From a bacterium (GTDB taxonomy: Bacteria; Patescibacteriota; Patescibacteriia; UBA9570): a DNA stretch of 64,000 bases. Location: NCBI GenBank assembly GCA_030698395.1, contig JAUYKW010000018.1, positions 44,726 through 108,725 of the forward strand, written 5' to 3'. Positions 48,722 to 58,506 of this stretch are shown here, one piece after another (position 1 is the stretch's first letter; every line of letters starts with the position of its first letter). The translations under genes and the position numbers were made by a program. The notes under the pieces are model-generated. The model saw only the letters and a list, made by a program, of their open reading frames with translations. It was not told where the DNA came from and did not search any database.

Positions 48722-49573
48722 TTGTCACACAGCTATATTTTCAGTATAATATCGACAACTTTATATAACTCCAAATTCAACTGCATGAGCCTCATTTCGC
48801 ATCTAGCAACAGTTGCAAAGCCAAGTAATGTTTTGGAAAGCATTAAGAGTATCAAGTTATCGTCCCAATATTCGATTAAGGGGGACTATAAACGGATATA
48901 TCTATATCATATTCGAAAAACTGGTGGAACAAGCTTAAACCACATGTTTTTATCTCTAGGTGGTAGAGATGGCAGAGATGTTTATCGAGAGATGATGCAA
49001 AAGCCTAATCATCGAATAATTAGTAGCAATAAGGTATTTGCTGGTTTTAACCACAGTATAATTAAAAGGGGTAATTATTATTATGCTTTTTCTCATGAGC
49101 CAATGCATGAAGTTGTGATTCCTGATAAAACCTTTACTGTTACTTGTGTACGAGATCCCTTAGAAAGAGTTGTGTCTCATTATAAAATGTTGATTGAAAT
49201 GAAACAGGATAATGCAAAACATCCGGGAATGCAAAAACAAAGTAAATGGCTAGGAAATAGTTTTGAAGATTTTTTAAAGAATATTCCAAAAAAGTTTTTA
49301 TTAAATCAGTTATACATGTTTTCAAAGGAATATAGTATAGACGAAGCTACTACTAATATTGTATCTTGTTCACATTTTTTCTTCACAGAAAATTTTTCGC
49401 AAGGTGTTGCTGGGTTATCCGATAAGTTAGGAATTCAACTGCAAGCTCTTCATACTCGTAAGACCCCAAGTAGCATTATGGTTACAGAAAAAGAGCAAGA
49501 TCAGCTACGAGAAATGTTGGAACCTGAATATATTTTATATAAAAAATTATCACAAATAAAAGAATCAGCTTAA
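48722..49573 (+). CDS. Sulfotransferase (Sulfotransfer_2-like; carbohydrate sulfotransferase family)
   Basis: 5'-PSB-like YHIRKTGGTSLNHMF and 3'-PB-like VTCVRDPLERVVSHY motifs, characteristic of PAPS-dependent carbohydrate sulfotransferases. Confidence 0.6.
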   Translation: MSHSYIFSIISTTLYNSKFNCMSLISHLATVAKPSNVLESIKSIKLSSQYSIKGDYKRIYLYHIRKTGGTSLNHMFLSLGGRDGRDVYREMMQKPNHRIISSNKVFAGFNHSIIKRGNYYYAFSHEPMHEVVIPDKTFTVTCVRDPLERVVSHYKMLIEMKQDNAKHPGMQKQSKWLGNSFEDFLKNIPKKFLLNQLYMFSKEYSIDEATTNIVSCSHFFFTENFSQGVAGLSDKLGIQLQALHTRKTPSSIMVTEKEQDQLREMLEPEYILYKKLSQIKESA

Positions 49574-49575
49574 TT

Positions 49576-50316
49576 ATGAATGTTTTTAATATACCCTCAG
49601 TTATTTGGAAGAGAGTTAATAACAAAGTATATGGTTTACTAGGTAAAGATCCATTAACCAAGGAGAAAATTTATCAAGTTAAGACTGAACGAATCGGTAC
49701 AAATTATGGTGGCTGGGTGATTCCAGCAAATTATCTAACTAAAGATTCAGTTTGTTATTGTGCAGGCGTTGGTGAAGATGTTAGTTTTGATTTGGGTATA
49801 ATTAAAAAATATGTTTGTAAAGTTTATGCTTTTGATCCTACGCCACGCGCGCAAGAATACATAGAGAAAAATGTTGAGCCAGATCCAAATTTTGTTTTTG
49901 TGGACGTTGGTTTATGGGATGAAGACACCACCATGAAGTTTTATTCTCCAAAAAATCCAGATCATGTCTCACATTCGATTGTGAATCTACAGAAAACTGA
50001 TACTTATTTTGAAGCAAAGGTAAAAAGATTATCGACTATTATGAGAGAGTTACAGCATGATAAATTATCTTTATTAAAGTTAGACATTGAAGGTGCTGAG
50101 TATAAAGTGTTAGATTCTTTAGTAGATGATAAGGTTGATATTGATATATTATGTATCGAATTTGATGAGGGGCATACTAAAATGGACAATGATTATAAAT
50201 CTCGAATCAAAGGATCGTTAGAAAAACTTTTTGCCATGGGTTACGTGATGATAGATGTTGATCAGAGTTGTAATTACACCTTGATTAAAGAGAATATGTT
50301 AAGAGAATTGGCTTAG
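49576..50316 (+). CDS. FkbM-family methyltransferase
   Basis: CYCAGVGEDVSFDL (SAM-binding), LKLDIEGAEYKVL (FkbM motif). Confidence 0.75.
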   Translation: MNVFNIPSVIWKRVNNKVYGLLGKDPLTKEKIYQVKTERIGTNYGGWVIPANYLTKDSVCYCAGVGEDVSFDLGIIKKYVCKVYAFDPTPRAQEYIEKNVEPDPNFVFVDVGLWDEDTTMKFYSPKNPDHVSHSIVNLQKTDTYFEAKVKRLSTIMRELQHDKLSLLKLDIEGAEYKVLDSLVDDKVDIDILCIEFDEGHTKMDNDYKSRIKGSLEKLFAMGYVMIDVDQSCNYTLIKENMLRELA

Positions 50317-50319
50317 AGC

Positions 50320-51570
50320 ATGAAAGTTGCACAGTTGAGTACAATGGATATCAAAGGAGGTGGCGGTTCTATGGCCGCCTATCGCTTGCATACTGCTTTG
50401 CGTGCTAACAATGTAGATTCTTCACTATTGGTAAAATTCAAATATAGTGATGATAAAAATGTAATCGGTAAACATCCGACTAACGAGTTAGTAAGAAAAA
50501 TTAGTTCGTTCAGTTCATTTATGGATGAAATTCCTGGTAAATTTTCTAACTCGCCTGATACGGTGTATCGTTCGAGTGCATGGTATCCGGATGGTGTGGC
50601 ACGAAAGTTAAAAGAGTTGAATCCTGACGTAATAAATCTACATTGGATTAATGGTGGCTTTGTGCGATTGGAATCTCTTGCTAAGTGGCAAGGGTCAATT
50701 GTATGGACGATGCATGATATGTGGGCATTTTGTGGCACAGAGCATTACACTAGTGATCAACGTTATCAAGAGGGATATTTAAAAACAAATCGACCAGCTG
50801 GAGAATCTGGATTTGATGTAAATCGTTGGACGTGGCAACGAAAACAAAAGGCATGGTCTACACTAACTGATCTAGTTGTAGTAACACCTAGTAAGTGGTT
50901 AGCAAGTTGTGTTCGAAAAAGTGTATTGTTCAAGAATTATCGAATTGAAGTAATTCCAAATAGTGTTAACCAAGAAATTTTTAAACCACAAGAAAAGATT
51001 GTGTTACGAAAGAAACATAATATAAATCCACAGAGTAAACTTATTTTGTTTGGCGCTGGAAATACTGCTAGTCCAAGAAAGGGAGTGGATTTACTAAAAA
51101 AAGCATTAAAAAAATTAAGTGTTAATGCTACACATAATTATATTGAGTTAGTAGTTTTTGGTAAGTATCAGCCAGAGGATTACAGTGATATTAATTTACC
51201 AATTAAGCATTTAGGTCATGTTGCTGGAGAGTCTGAGATTGCAGAAATATATTCTATGGCCGATGTATTTGTTGCTCCGTCCCGCCAAGATAATCTACCA
51301 AATACAATTGTAGAGGCTTTAGCTTGTGGAACACCATGTGTGGCATTTAATATTGGCGGCATGCCAGATATGATTGATCATCAAAATAATGGGTATTTAG
51401 CTAAAGCATTTGATGTGGATGAATTAGCTGCTGGAATTGTTTGGGTATTGGAAGATAAAGAACGATGGCAGAAGCTTTCTAGTCAATCTAGAATTAAGGC
51501 TGAAAATAATTATACATATTCAGAGCAAGCAAAAAAATATAGTGAACTTTATCAAAGCATCACTGTTTAA
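50320..51570 (+). CDS. Glycosyltransferase family 4
   Basis: MKVAQLSTMDIKGGGGSMAAYRLHTAL N-terminus. C-terminal SRQDNLPNTIVEALACGTPCVAFNIGGMPDMI. Confidence 0.8.
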   Translation: MKVAQLSTMDIKGGGGSMAAYRLHTALRANNVDSSLLVKFKYSDDKNVIGKHPTNELVRKISSFSSFMDEIPGKFSNSPDTVYRSSAWYPDGVARKLKELNPDVINLHWINGGFVRLESLAKWQGSIVWTMHDMWAFCGTEHYTSDQRYQEGYLKTNRPAGESGFDVNRWTWQRKQKAWSTLTDLVVVTPSKWLASCVRKSVLFKNYRIEVIPNSVNQEIFKPQEKIVLRKKHNINPQSKLILFGAGNTASPRKGVDLLKKALKKLSVNATHNYIELVVFGKYQPEDYSDINLPIKHLGHVAGESEIAEIYSMADVFVAPSRQDNLPNTIVEALACGTPCVAFNIGGMPDMIDHQNNGYLAKAFDVDELAAGIVWVLEDKERWQKLSSQSRIKAENNYTYSEQAKKYSELYQSITV

Positions 51571-51582
51571 GGAGTTGTCTTT

Positions 51583-52479
51583 TTATTGACCTGCCTTATA
51601 TATAGCGTATCGATCAGCTAACCAATTTTGGGGAGATTGTTTTTTTGGTTGGAGTTTAGCTAGCTCGGATAAGATAGATTCAATATTATATCCAAGGAGG
51701 GATAATTTTTCTGAGTCTAATGAACGTAGATATTTTTTTGCGTACTGTATACGTAAATTTGTATTGAATGTAGTTTTCCATTTTTCTAATGACTTATTCT
51801 GTACCTGTTTTTCTTTAGCTATATAGGGATCTCCCATGGTGCCATGAAGTTTTTCTTTTTGAATATTTTGGATCATATTTGAATTGAATGGTATTTCTAG
51901 ATAGTTACAAATCTTCTCTGTAACTTCGCTTGATTTTTCTACTAACTCTTCATATTTAATTAATATACTTTTTTCTTTCAGCAATTCATATCCATCACTC
52001 AGGAGATGTGGACCTTCATACAGATCTGTATTTGAAGGTTTTACATTTAATTTACCAAAGTTCCATGTTTCAATCACTGAAGCTAATGTTGCCAAAGGAT
52101 TTCTGCCTAAAAAAATAAATTTTGCCTCAGGAAATAATTTTGCTATTTCTGGAATAATAAAATAGTAACGAGGAGTTTTATCAAGAAAATATTTTTCATT
52201 GTCACAAGCTGAACTATATATGTCAGTGACAAATTCTTTTAATGACTTATCATAAGAAAACATTTTTTTTGGAAGTTCTGAAAAAAAATCTTGTAGCGCT
52301 TGACGACAAACTTCCTTATCGTAATCTACTGTTAGATCATTTTGTTTTTTTGGATATAGGAGTGGTAACAATATCCATGGTTCAGATACAGAACAAATTT
52401 CTGGATGAGACATTAATATTTTCTGCAGTAAAGTTGAACCAGAACGAGGTGTGGAAAAGAGGAAGATTAAATTATCCAT
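51583..52479 (-). CDS. Sulfotransferase (Sulfotransfer_3-like, PAPS-dependent)
   Basis: N-terminal IFLFSTPRSGSTLLQKILMSHPEI (5'-PSB P-loop) and FIFLGRNPLATLASV (3'-PB-like). Length 298 aa. Confidence 0.75.
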   Translation of the reverse strand: MDNLIFLFSTPRSGSTLLQKILMSHPEICSVSEPWILLPLLYPKKQNDLTVDYDKEVCRQALQDFFSELPKKMFSYDKSLKEFVTDIYSSACDNEKYFLDKTPRYYFIIPEIAKLFPEAKFIFLGRNPLATLASVIETWNFGKLNVKPSNTDLYEGPHLLSDGYELLKEKSILIKYEELVEKSSEVTEKICNYLEIPFNSNMIQNIQKEKLHGTMGDPYIAKEKQVQNKSLEKWKTTFNTNLRIQYAKKYLRSLDSEKLSLLGYNIESILSELAKLQPKKQSPQNWLADRYAIYKAGQ

Positions 52480-53491
52480 TTTTTCTAATTAATTTGCTAT
52501 AAGCTAGAGCTAACATATCTTGAAGTTGAGTTTTTTTACAAGAAATTATTCTTCGACGTAAATCATTTGGTATTACTTGCTGAATATCATCTTGCTCATT
52601 TAATTCTTGTATTTCAGCAACATAATCTTTATTTTTTTCGTAGAGTATATCAGCGTATTCTGTTCTATCAGATAGCTTTGGATTATTATGTTCCTCAGGC
52701 CACTTTAAAAGTTGTTCTTGCAATTTAAAATAAAGTTTAACTTTTTCACTAGTTCGTAAACCATTAGTCCCAATTGGATGCCATGGGTGTGCCGTGTATG
52801 TGTCTGTAAGTACAGCTCCTTTGCTGTTAGCGGCCATTTCCAATCTGATACTGACATCTTCTCCAATTTTGGATAGAGAAGTACTCCAAAGAGGATTAGT
52901 GTCATATCCTTCTATTATATCCCAATACTTTCTTGCCGCGGATATCATTGGTCCAAAATTTCGGCGGGGTGGAAATAATTCAGGTTGTCTATATTTTGTT
53001 GGGCAAGTTGCTAGCACAGATGCTAGATCGTTGTTAGCATTTTGCCATTCCTTAAAGGATGCCCCAGCTGGGTATTGAGCCATTCTACGAAACGCATTAA
53101 ATACTTTGTACTTTCCTTGTTGATGATGCTTTGTTAGCACAGTTAGAAAGTCTTTAGGTAGAAGTTGATCTCCATCCATTACTGAAATTATATCGCCTTG
53201 AGATGCCGCTATGCCAGCATTATTACATTTTGATAAGTGATAAGCTTCAGTATTAACATTCTCGTCCAAATAAATTATCTTGATATTCATTTGGTCTTTA
53301 ACTTCTTTATGGCGATCGAACAGCGATTTTAATCCCTTTTTGTGATTATACTTATCGGCAAATTCACGGCTTCTTTGTTCAACATAAATAAGTTCAAAAT
53401 TATTCCTAGGGAAATCTTGATTTAGTAGACCATTAATTAGATGAAAAAAATTACGATAACTCGAGTCCCAACTAATGATAGAGTGTAACAT
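52472..53491 (-). CDS. Glycosyltransferase family 2-like protein
   Basis: LINGLLNQDFPRNNFELIYVEQ, GDIISVMDGDQLL (DxD). Confidence 0.5.
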   Translation of the reverse strand: MLHSIISWDSSYRNFFHLINGLLNQDFPRNNFELIYVEQRSREFADKYNHKKGLKSLFDRHKEVKDQMNIKIIYLDENVNTEAYHLSKCNNAGIAASQGDIISVMDGDQLLPKDFLTVLTKHHQQGKYKVFNAFRRMAQYPAGASFKEWQNANNDLASVLATCPTKYRQPELFPPRRNFGPMISAARKYWDIIEGYDTNPLWSTSLSKIGEDVSIRLEMAANSKGAVLTDTYTAHPWHPIGTNGLRTSEKVKLYFKLQEQLLKWPEEHNNPKLSDRTEYADILYEKNKDYVAEIQELNEQDDIQQVIPNDLRRRIISCKKTQLQDMLALAYSKLIRKNG

Positions 53492-53495
53492 ATAG

Positions 53496-54467
53496 TTATT
53501 TTATATCAGTCAACCAAGCTCTTACAAGTTTGATTTCGTCGTTGGATACAAATCCATTTTTATGAAGAGCAGTGTAAACAATTTCTAAGTTTTTCAATAA
53601 ATCTTTACCTAGTTTTATATTTTGAAGTAATTCAATGATTGGTTTAGTGTTTTGATATACTTCAACTTCATCAGCAAAATCTTTCATTAAGTTGTGAGCA
53701 TTTCTTTCTTGGTAAACAGTTGCCTCAGTAAAACCTAAATGCATGCCATGTAGCCACATAATATGTTGTGCCAGATAACCTCTTAGAATATCAGTAAATC
53801 TAAAACTAACAGTTGCGGGGAGATATAATAATGGAAATGCTTTTTTTTGCCAGAAAGTATTTTGCGAATTAAACGGACAGTAACACTTTTTTGGTAAATG
53901 AATACTTTTTTTTCGATCGAATTTGGTAGTGTCGTTAAAGACTAAGCGATAAATGGCATCAACATCTGGATCTGTATCAGCTAAACCTTGCCATGCTCCA
54001 ATACTAGTTAATTTAGAATGTTGTTTTAACTTGCTCTTATTTTTTGTTTGAATGAGGTCTAACGGGTATCCTCGTGGCCAAATTAATTTCTTTGAAAAGT
54101 AATTGTATACATTATAATATTTGTCTTTTGTCTCTATACTTCTTTTGCTAGTAAAATCTGGACACTTCCAATGTTTGTATGGCAGATTGTCGTCATCTGT
54201 ATCATAGATAATATCTGCTCCTTGACGCATTGCATAAATATACCCGATGTTTTTTCTAGTATAGTGGTTATAAGGACTGTAGCGAACAAATTCGTAGCCT
54301 AGTTTTTTTTGATCTTGAACTGAAAGGAAGGTTAAGTTTTTTGAACTTTTAATTTGTGGAGTTTTTTTATCTCCAACAAGAACAACGTGCCAATCTGGAA
54401 TTTTTTCAAAAGCTTTTACCGCTTTAGTTCTGTCGTTAATGCTAGTTATGACTATGAATTTTTTCAT
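53496..54467 (-). CDS. Hypothetical protein, possible GT-A-fold glycosyltransferase
   Basis: N-terminal Rossmann-like KKFIVITSIND and DTDDDN (DxD-like). 323 aa. No confident family assignment. Confidence 0.3.
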   Translation of the reverse strand: MKKFIVITSINDRTKAVKAFEKIPDWHVVLVGDKKTPQIKSSKNLTFLSVQDQKKLGYEFVRYSPYNHYTRKNIGYIYAMRQGADIIYDTDDDNLPYKHWKCPDFTSKRSIETKDKYYNVYNYFSKKLIWPRGYPLDLIQTKNKSKLKQHSKLTSIGAWQGLADTDPDVDAIYRLVFNDTTKFDRKKSIHLPKKCYCPFNSQNTFWQKKAFPLLYLPATVSFRFTDILRGYLAQHIMWLHGMHLGFTEATVYQERNAHNLMKDFADEVEVYQNTKPIIELLQNIKLGKDLLKNLEIVYTALHKNGFVSNDEIKLVRAWLTDIK

Positions 54468-55675
54468 GATAGTTGCGTAATTTTATAATCAGTTGGAGGA
54501 CAAGATCCTAAGACATCTCTGCGCGACACAATAAAAGGATCAATTACACTAGTTGGTTGCATTTCAAAGAATAATAATTGTGGACGGTAAAAAATTCCTG
54601 TATCAAGCAGTCCCAGCCCTAAGCTAATGCTGTAATTTCCGGGTGGAAGATTTGTATCTTCAGCAGAAATTTCAAGTTTATGTTTTCCTTTAGGAATGGC
54701 ATCTATTTTTGCTGTAACTGTCATGATGCGTGCTAACTGACTGTTAAATATTTGGATACCAACTCTAATATTATTGAGTTCTTTATCGGTGTTATTAGTT
54801 ACTAGCAACTCTGTAATCAGAGGCTTGCTGTACTGCATTTGGGACAATCTAATTTGTTCAATAGTAAAGTTTTTGATTTTTGTATCAAACGGACCAGTTC
54901 CTGATTCTTGAGAATTTGTCAGGCGTAGATATTCTTGAACAGCTTTGTCTGTATCTGCGATCGTTACAATTTTTCCTTGATTCAGCACAACGCATGATTT
55001 ACATAAGCTTTGAATTGCTCCCATATTGTGGCTAACAAAAATGATAGTGCGACCATCTTCTTTTGTTACTTCATCCATTTTGCCAAGGCACTTTTTTTGA
55101 AACTGGGTATCACCAACAGCTAGTACTTCATCTACTAAAAGAATCTCTGGTTCTAGATGGGCAGCTACAGCAAATGCTAAACGCACGCGCATCCCACTAG
55201 AATATCTTTTTACTGGGGTGTCTAAGAATTTTTCTACTTCTGCGAATTCAACAATTTCATCAAACTTTTTTGAGATTTCTCTTTTTGTCATGCCCAATAC
55301 AGCTCCATTTAGAAATACATTTTCTCGGCCAGTTAATTCTGGATGAAATCCAGTGCCAACTTCCAATAAGCTAGCAACTCTGCCACGTAAAGTTATTTTA
55401 CCAGTGGTTGGTGATGTGATGCGGGACAATACTTTTAATAGGGTACTTTTACCAGCTCCGTTACTACCGATTAATCCTATTACTTCACCTTTCTCTATAG
55501 AAAAATTTATATCTTTAAGTGCCCAGAATGTTTCTCGATGGGATTCTTTGTTTGTGAACCATTTTTTTGGATTTAAAGATTTAGCAATTACATCACGTAA
55601 AGCTACATAGGGTTCCATTTCCCCTAGTTGATATTGTTTTGAAATATTTTCAGCTAGAATTACAGGTTTGGACAT
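54464..55675 (-). CDS. O-antigen/teichoic-acid-type ABC exporter ATP-binding protein (Wzt/TagH-like) with a C-terminal extension of about 150 aa (putative glycan-binding domain)
   Basis: Walker A GSNGAGKSTLLKVL. Signature YSSGMRVRLAFA. Walker B ILLVDEVLAVGD. Extra C-terminal domain beyond the NBD. Confidence 0.8.
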   Translation of the reverse strand: MSKPVILAENISKQYQLGEMEPYVALRDVIAKSLNPKKWFTNKESHRETFWALKDINFSIEKGEVIGLIGSNGAGKSTLLKVLSRITSPTTGKITLRGRVASLLEVGTGFHPELTGRENVFLNGAVLGMTKREISKKFDEIVEFAEVEKFLDTPVKRYSSGMRVRLAFAVAAHLEPEILLVDEVLAVGDTQFQKKCLGKMDEVTKEDGRTIIFVSHNMGAIQSLCKSCVVLNQGKIVTIADTDKAVQEYLRLTNSQESGTGPFDTKIKNFTIEQIRLSQMQYSKPLITELLVTNNTDKELNNIRVGIQIFNSQLARIMTVTAKIDAIPKGKHKLEISAEDTNLPPGNYSISLGLGLLDTGIFYRPQLLFFEMQPTSVIDPFIVSRRDVLGSCPPTDYKITQLS

Positions 55676-55679
55676 AATT

Positions 55680-56501
55680 TTATACTACATCTGCGAACTT
55701 TTGTTCGGTTTTACGGAAATAAAATAAGCCTACAATAAATAACAATATTGAAATACCTATAGACATGGCTAGACTTTCTAGATTAATTGGCGTATTTCCA
55801 ATAATGATGGCACGAGCGTTTTCAATTACACCAGACATTGGATTAAGATTTAGAATCCATTGGTATTTCTCGCCAGCAATTTTTGCGGGATAAATTACGG
55901 GTGTTAAAAAAAGTAGCATTTGAATAAAAAACGGAATAATATATCGGACATCACGATATTTTACATTTACTGCTGATAGAAATAATCCCATACCTAAACT
56001 AGTGAAGTAGGTAATGAGAATCAATATTGGAATAAGAAATAGACTAATTGGTTTAGGGACGAATTGATAATAAAACATCATGGCACAGAGGATGGAGCTG
56101 GCAATTAAGAAATCAATAAAAGCAACAATTACTGTTGATGATGGTAATATTAATCTTGGAAAATAGATTTTTTTGATCATCTCTTGATCAGATACTAAGC
56201 TACCGCTAGCACTTGATAGTGCTTGTGAGAAAAAGAGCCAGAAAACTAAACCAACATAAACAAATATTGGATATGGAGCACCGCTAGAATCTATTTGAGC
56301 TAGGTTTCCAAAAAAGACTGTAAAAATTACCATACTTATGATAGGTACAAAAAAAGCCCACAATATTCCAATGGCTGTTTGTTTGTATCTTACTTTTACA
56401 TCTCTAAGTGCAAGAAAGTAAAAGAGATCTTTATATTGGAGCATTTCCCGGAAGTCTATCCGTAGCCAGCTACGTTTTGGTAGGATAATTGTTTCTTTCA
56501 T
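55680..56501 (-). CDS. ABC-2 type polysaccharide exporter permease (Wzm/TagG-like)
   Basis: 273 aa, six TM, directly upstream of and co-oriented with the Wzt-like ATPase. Confidence 0.75.
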   Translation of the reverse strand: MKETIILPKRSWLRIDFREMLQYKDLFYFLALRDVKVRYKQTAIGILWAFFVPIISMVIFTVFFGNLAQIDSSGAPYPIFVYVGLVFWLFFSQALSSASGSLVSDQEMIKKIYFPRLILPSSTVIVAFIDFLIASSILCAMMFYYQFVPKPISLFLIPILILITYFTSLGMGLFLSAVNVKYRDVRYIIPFFIQMLLFLTPVIYPAKIAGEKYQWILNLNPMSGVIENARAIIIGNTPINLESLAMSIGISILLFIVGLFYFRKTEQKFADVV

Positions 56502-56575
56502 TTACGAAGAATATTTATAATTGAGCAGGCATACTCTACTATTTTTAAGGGTATAAGTCAACAAGTTTTATTAGT

Positions 56576-57586
56576 CTATGCTTTTTCCAGAAATACAATA
56601 AAGCTCTCTCCTTTGCCGGCTTTATCGCGTATCCGCCATGCTGGAATGGTGAAGTAACTATTCAATAATGCTAGAACTCTCAAACTGAATTCTTTGAAAC
56701 TTAAGTATTTAATATATTCTAATGTATTCATGTTCTTAGGACGCGGTTGCCAGATGGTTTCTTTGTTTCCCAGTGATACTCGTTCTTTTTTATTGGTAAG
56801 ATATTGTAATGCAACCCAACCCATTGGAGTGGTAGTTTCGGATTTAAGAACTTTGAATCCAGTTTCTTTAGCCAGAACATTTATACTTTTTTGTGAAAAA
56901 AAATTTACGTGATATGGAATGTGCCAGTTAATCCATTTTTTTTCGGTTCGCTTTGCATTTGCACTTTCTATATTTGGTGTACTAAGAATTATTTTACCAC
57001 CAACCTTTAATTTTTTTGATATTTTGATTAAAAAATCTTTAGGATCAGGTATATGTTCTATTAACTGACTCATTGTGATGAAATCAAAGAAATCATCAGG
57101 GTAAGGCATTGTGTCTATGTCGCCAAAATGTATTTCTAAATTTAGTTCGTCTGCAATTGGTTTTATATTTTTATCTAGTTCTGTTCCGTATGCATCACCA
57201 CCAAGTTTAGTAATTTCTAAAAGAGATACTCCGTTTCCGCAACCTATATCCAAAACTTTGCTACCAGCAGTTATATAACTATGACATTTATTTTTTTCTC
57301 CTTGTAGATTGTTTTTGTCGCTATTTGGTTTTCTAGAGAAATTATCAGCAGTTGCTTTTACATCATCAGCAGTCATTGCTTTTCTGGGATAATAATCTGT
57401 ATAAATACTTTCTAATACTTCACTAGATGGAATTGGGTTAATTTCAGCAAAGTTACATGATGAACATTTATTCACTGAGTATTGTTCAGGGTATCCATAA
57501 CGATCATCATGCATTTCATTGTACAGGAGTGTCGTCGGAGATTTGCATATTTTGCAGTATAATACTGCATTTTCTTCACTTAGCAT
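56576..57586 (-). CDS. Class I SAM-dependent methyltransferase with an N-terminal Cys4 zinc-ribbon-like segment
   Basis: CKICKSPT...CSSCNF. Motif I VLDIGCGNGVSL, post-II GKIILSTPN. Length 336 aa. Confidence 0.7.
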   Translation of the reverse strand: MLSEENAVLYCKICKSPTTLLYNEMHDDRYGYPEQYSVNKCSSCNFAEINPIPSSEVLESIYTDYYPRKAMTADDVKATADNFSRKPNSDKNNLQGEKNKCHSYITAGSKVLDIGCGNGVSLLEITKLGGDAYGTELDKNIKPIADELNLEIHFGDIDTMPYPDDFFDFITMSQLIEHIPDPKDFLIKISKKLKVGGKIILSTPNIESANAKRTEKKWINWHIPYHVNFFSQKSINVLAKETGFKVLKSETTTPMGWVALQYLTNKKERVSLGNKETIWQPRPKNMNTLEYIKYLSFKEFSLRVLALLNSYFTIPAWRIRDKAGKGESFIVFLEKA

Positions 57587-57816
57587 GCTTTATTGGGTTG
57601 AAAAGATTCAATAGTTATCATGTATAGATCGCTTGTAACTAGATTAGTCTACAATTTTCATTATCTAGCGTCAATTGCCAGCTCTTGACTGAAAATATCC
57701 TTTTTGTTACTGTTTGTTCACTAAATAAATAATACTTCTACTCTTTAATCCATATTATAGGAGCGAGATCATATCGCGACGCTATAATGGGTAGTTGTTA
57801 AGAACAATACAATACA

Positions 57817-58470
57817 ATGATACAACACTATGAACTTATGTTCATTATACCTGGTTCTATTGATGCGGCTGCAGTTAAGCCCGTTCAGGAGCGAGTATTT
57901 GAACTAATCAAGCAAGCTAACGCTACTATGTCTAGTCAGTATGACATGGGACGGCGAAAATTAGCATACAAAATTAAACAGCAAACATATGGCCATTACT
58001 ATGTGTTGCAGTTTGATGCAGAAGCAGAAGTAATAAAAGATTTGGATACTAAATTACGACTCGATCACGAGATTTTGCGTTATATGTTAGTTAAGGGAAA
58101 GCCTTTGACTAATGAACAATTGAAAGCGATGATTGAGGAGCCAGAAAAGGAAGAAGTGGAACCGGCAGAGGAAATGAGCGACATATCAGGCGCACTCCCT
58201 GCGGAGCCACAGGTGCAAGTACAACCAGTTGTAAAATCTGCAACAGAGGTTAAGGTTGAAGCAGAGCCTGTTACAGAAGTAGCAGAGCCAGAAACTGTAA
58301 CAACTGAAGTTGTGGAAGAATCTATTGTTACAGAGGTTGCTGAACCAGAAGTAGCGGAATCAACTCCAACTCCAGAATCAGAGGTTATGAAATCAAAATT
58401 AACTATGGAAGAACTGGATAAAAAATTGGAAGATATTCTAGGTGATACTGATTTAGAATCACAATTATAA
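57817..58470 (+). CDS. rpsF: 30S ribosomal protein S6 with an acidic C-terminal extension of about 120 aa
   Basis: MIQHYELMFII...RRKLAYKI...GHYYVLQFDA core S6 fold. C-terminal E/V/P/T-rich tail (EPVTEVAEPETVTTEVVEESIVTEVAEPEVAE...). Confidence 0.85.
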   Translation: MIQHYELMFIIPGSIDAAAVKPVQERVFELIKQANATMSSQYDMGRRKLAYKIKQQTYGHYYVLQFDAEAEVIKDLDTKLRLDHEILRYMLVKGKPLTNEQLKAMIEEPEKEEVEPAEEMSDISGALPAEPQVQVQPVVKSATEVKVEAEPVTEVAEPETVTTEVVEESIVTEVAEPEVAESTPTPESEVMKSKLTMEELDKKLEDILGDTDLESQL

Positions 58471-58506
58471 CTTAGTAACAAAACATAACTACTAAATTAC
58501 AAATAT

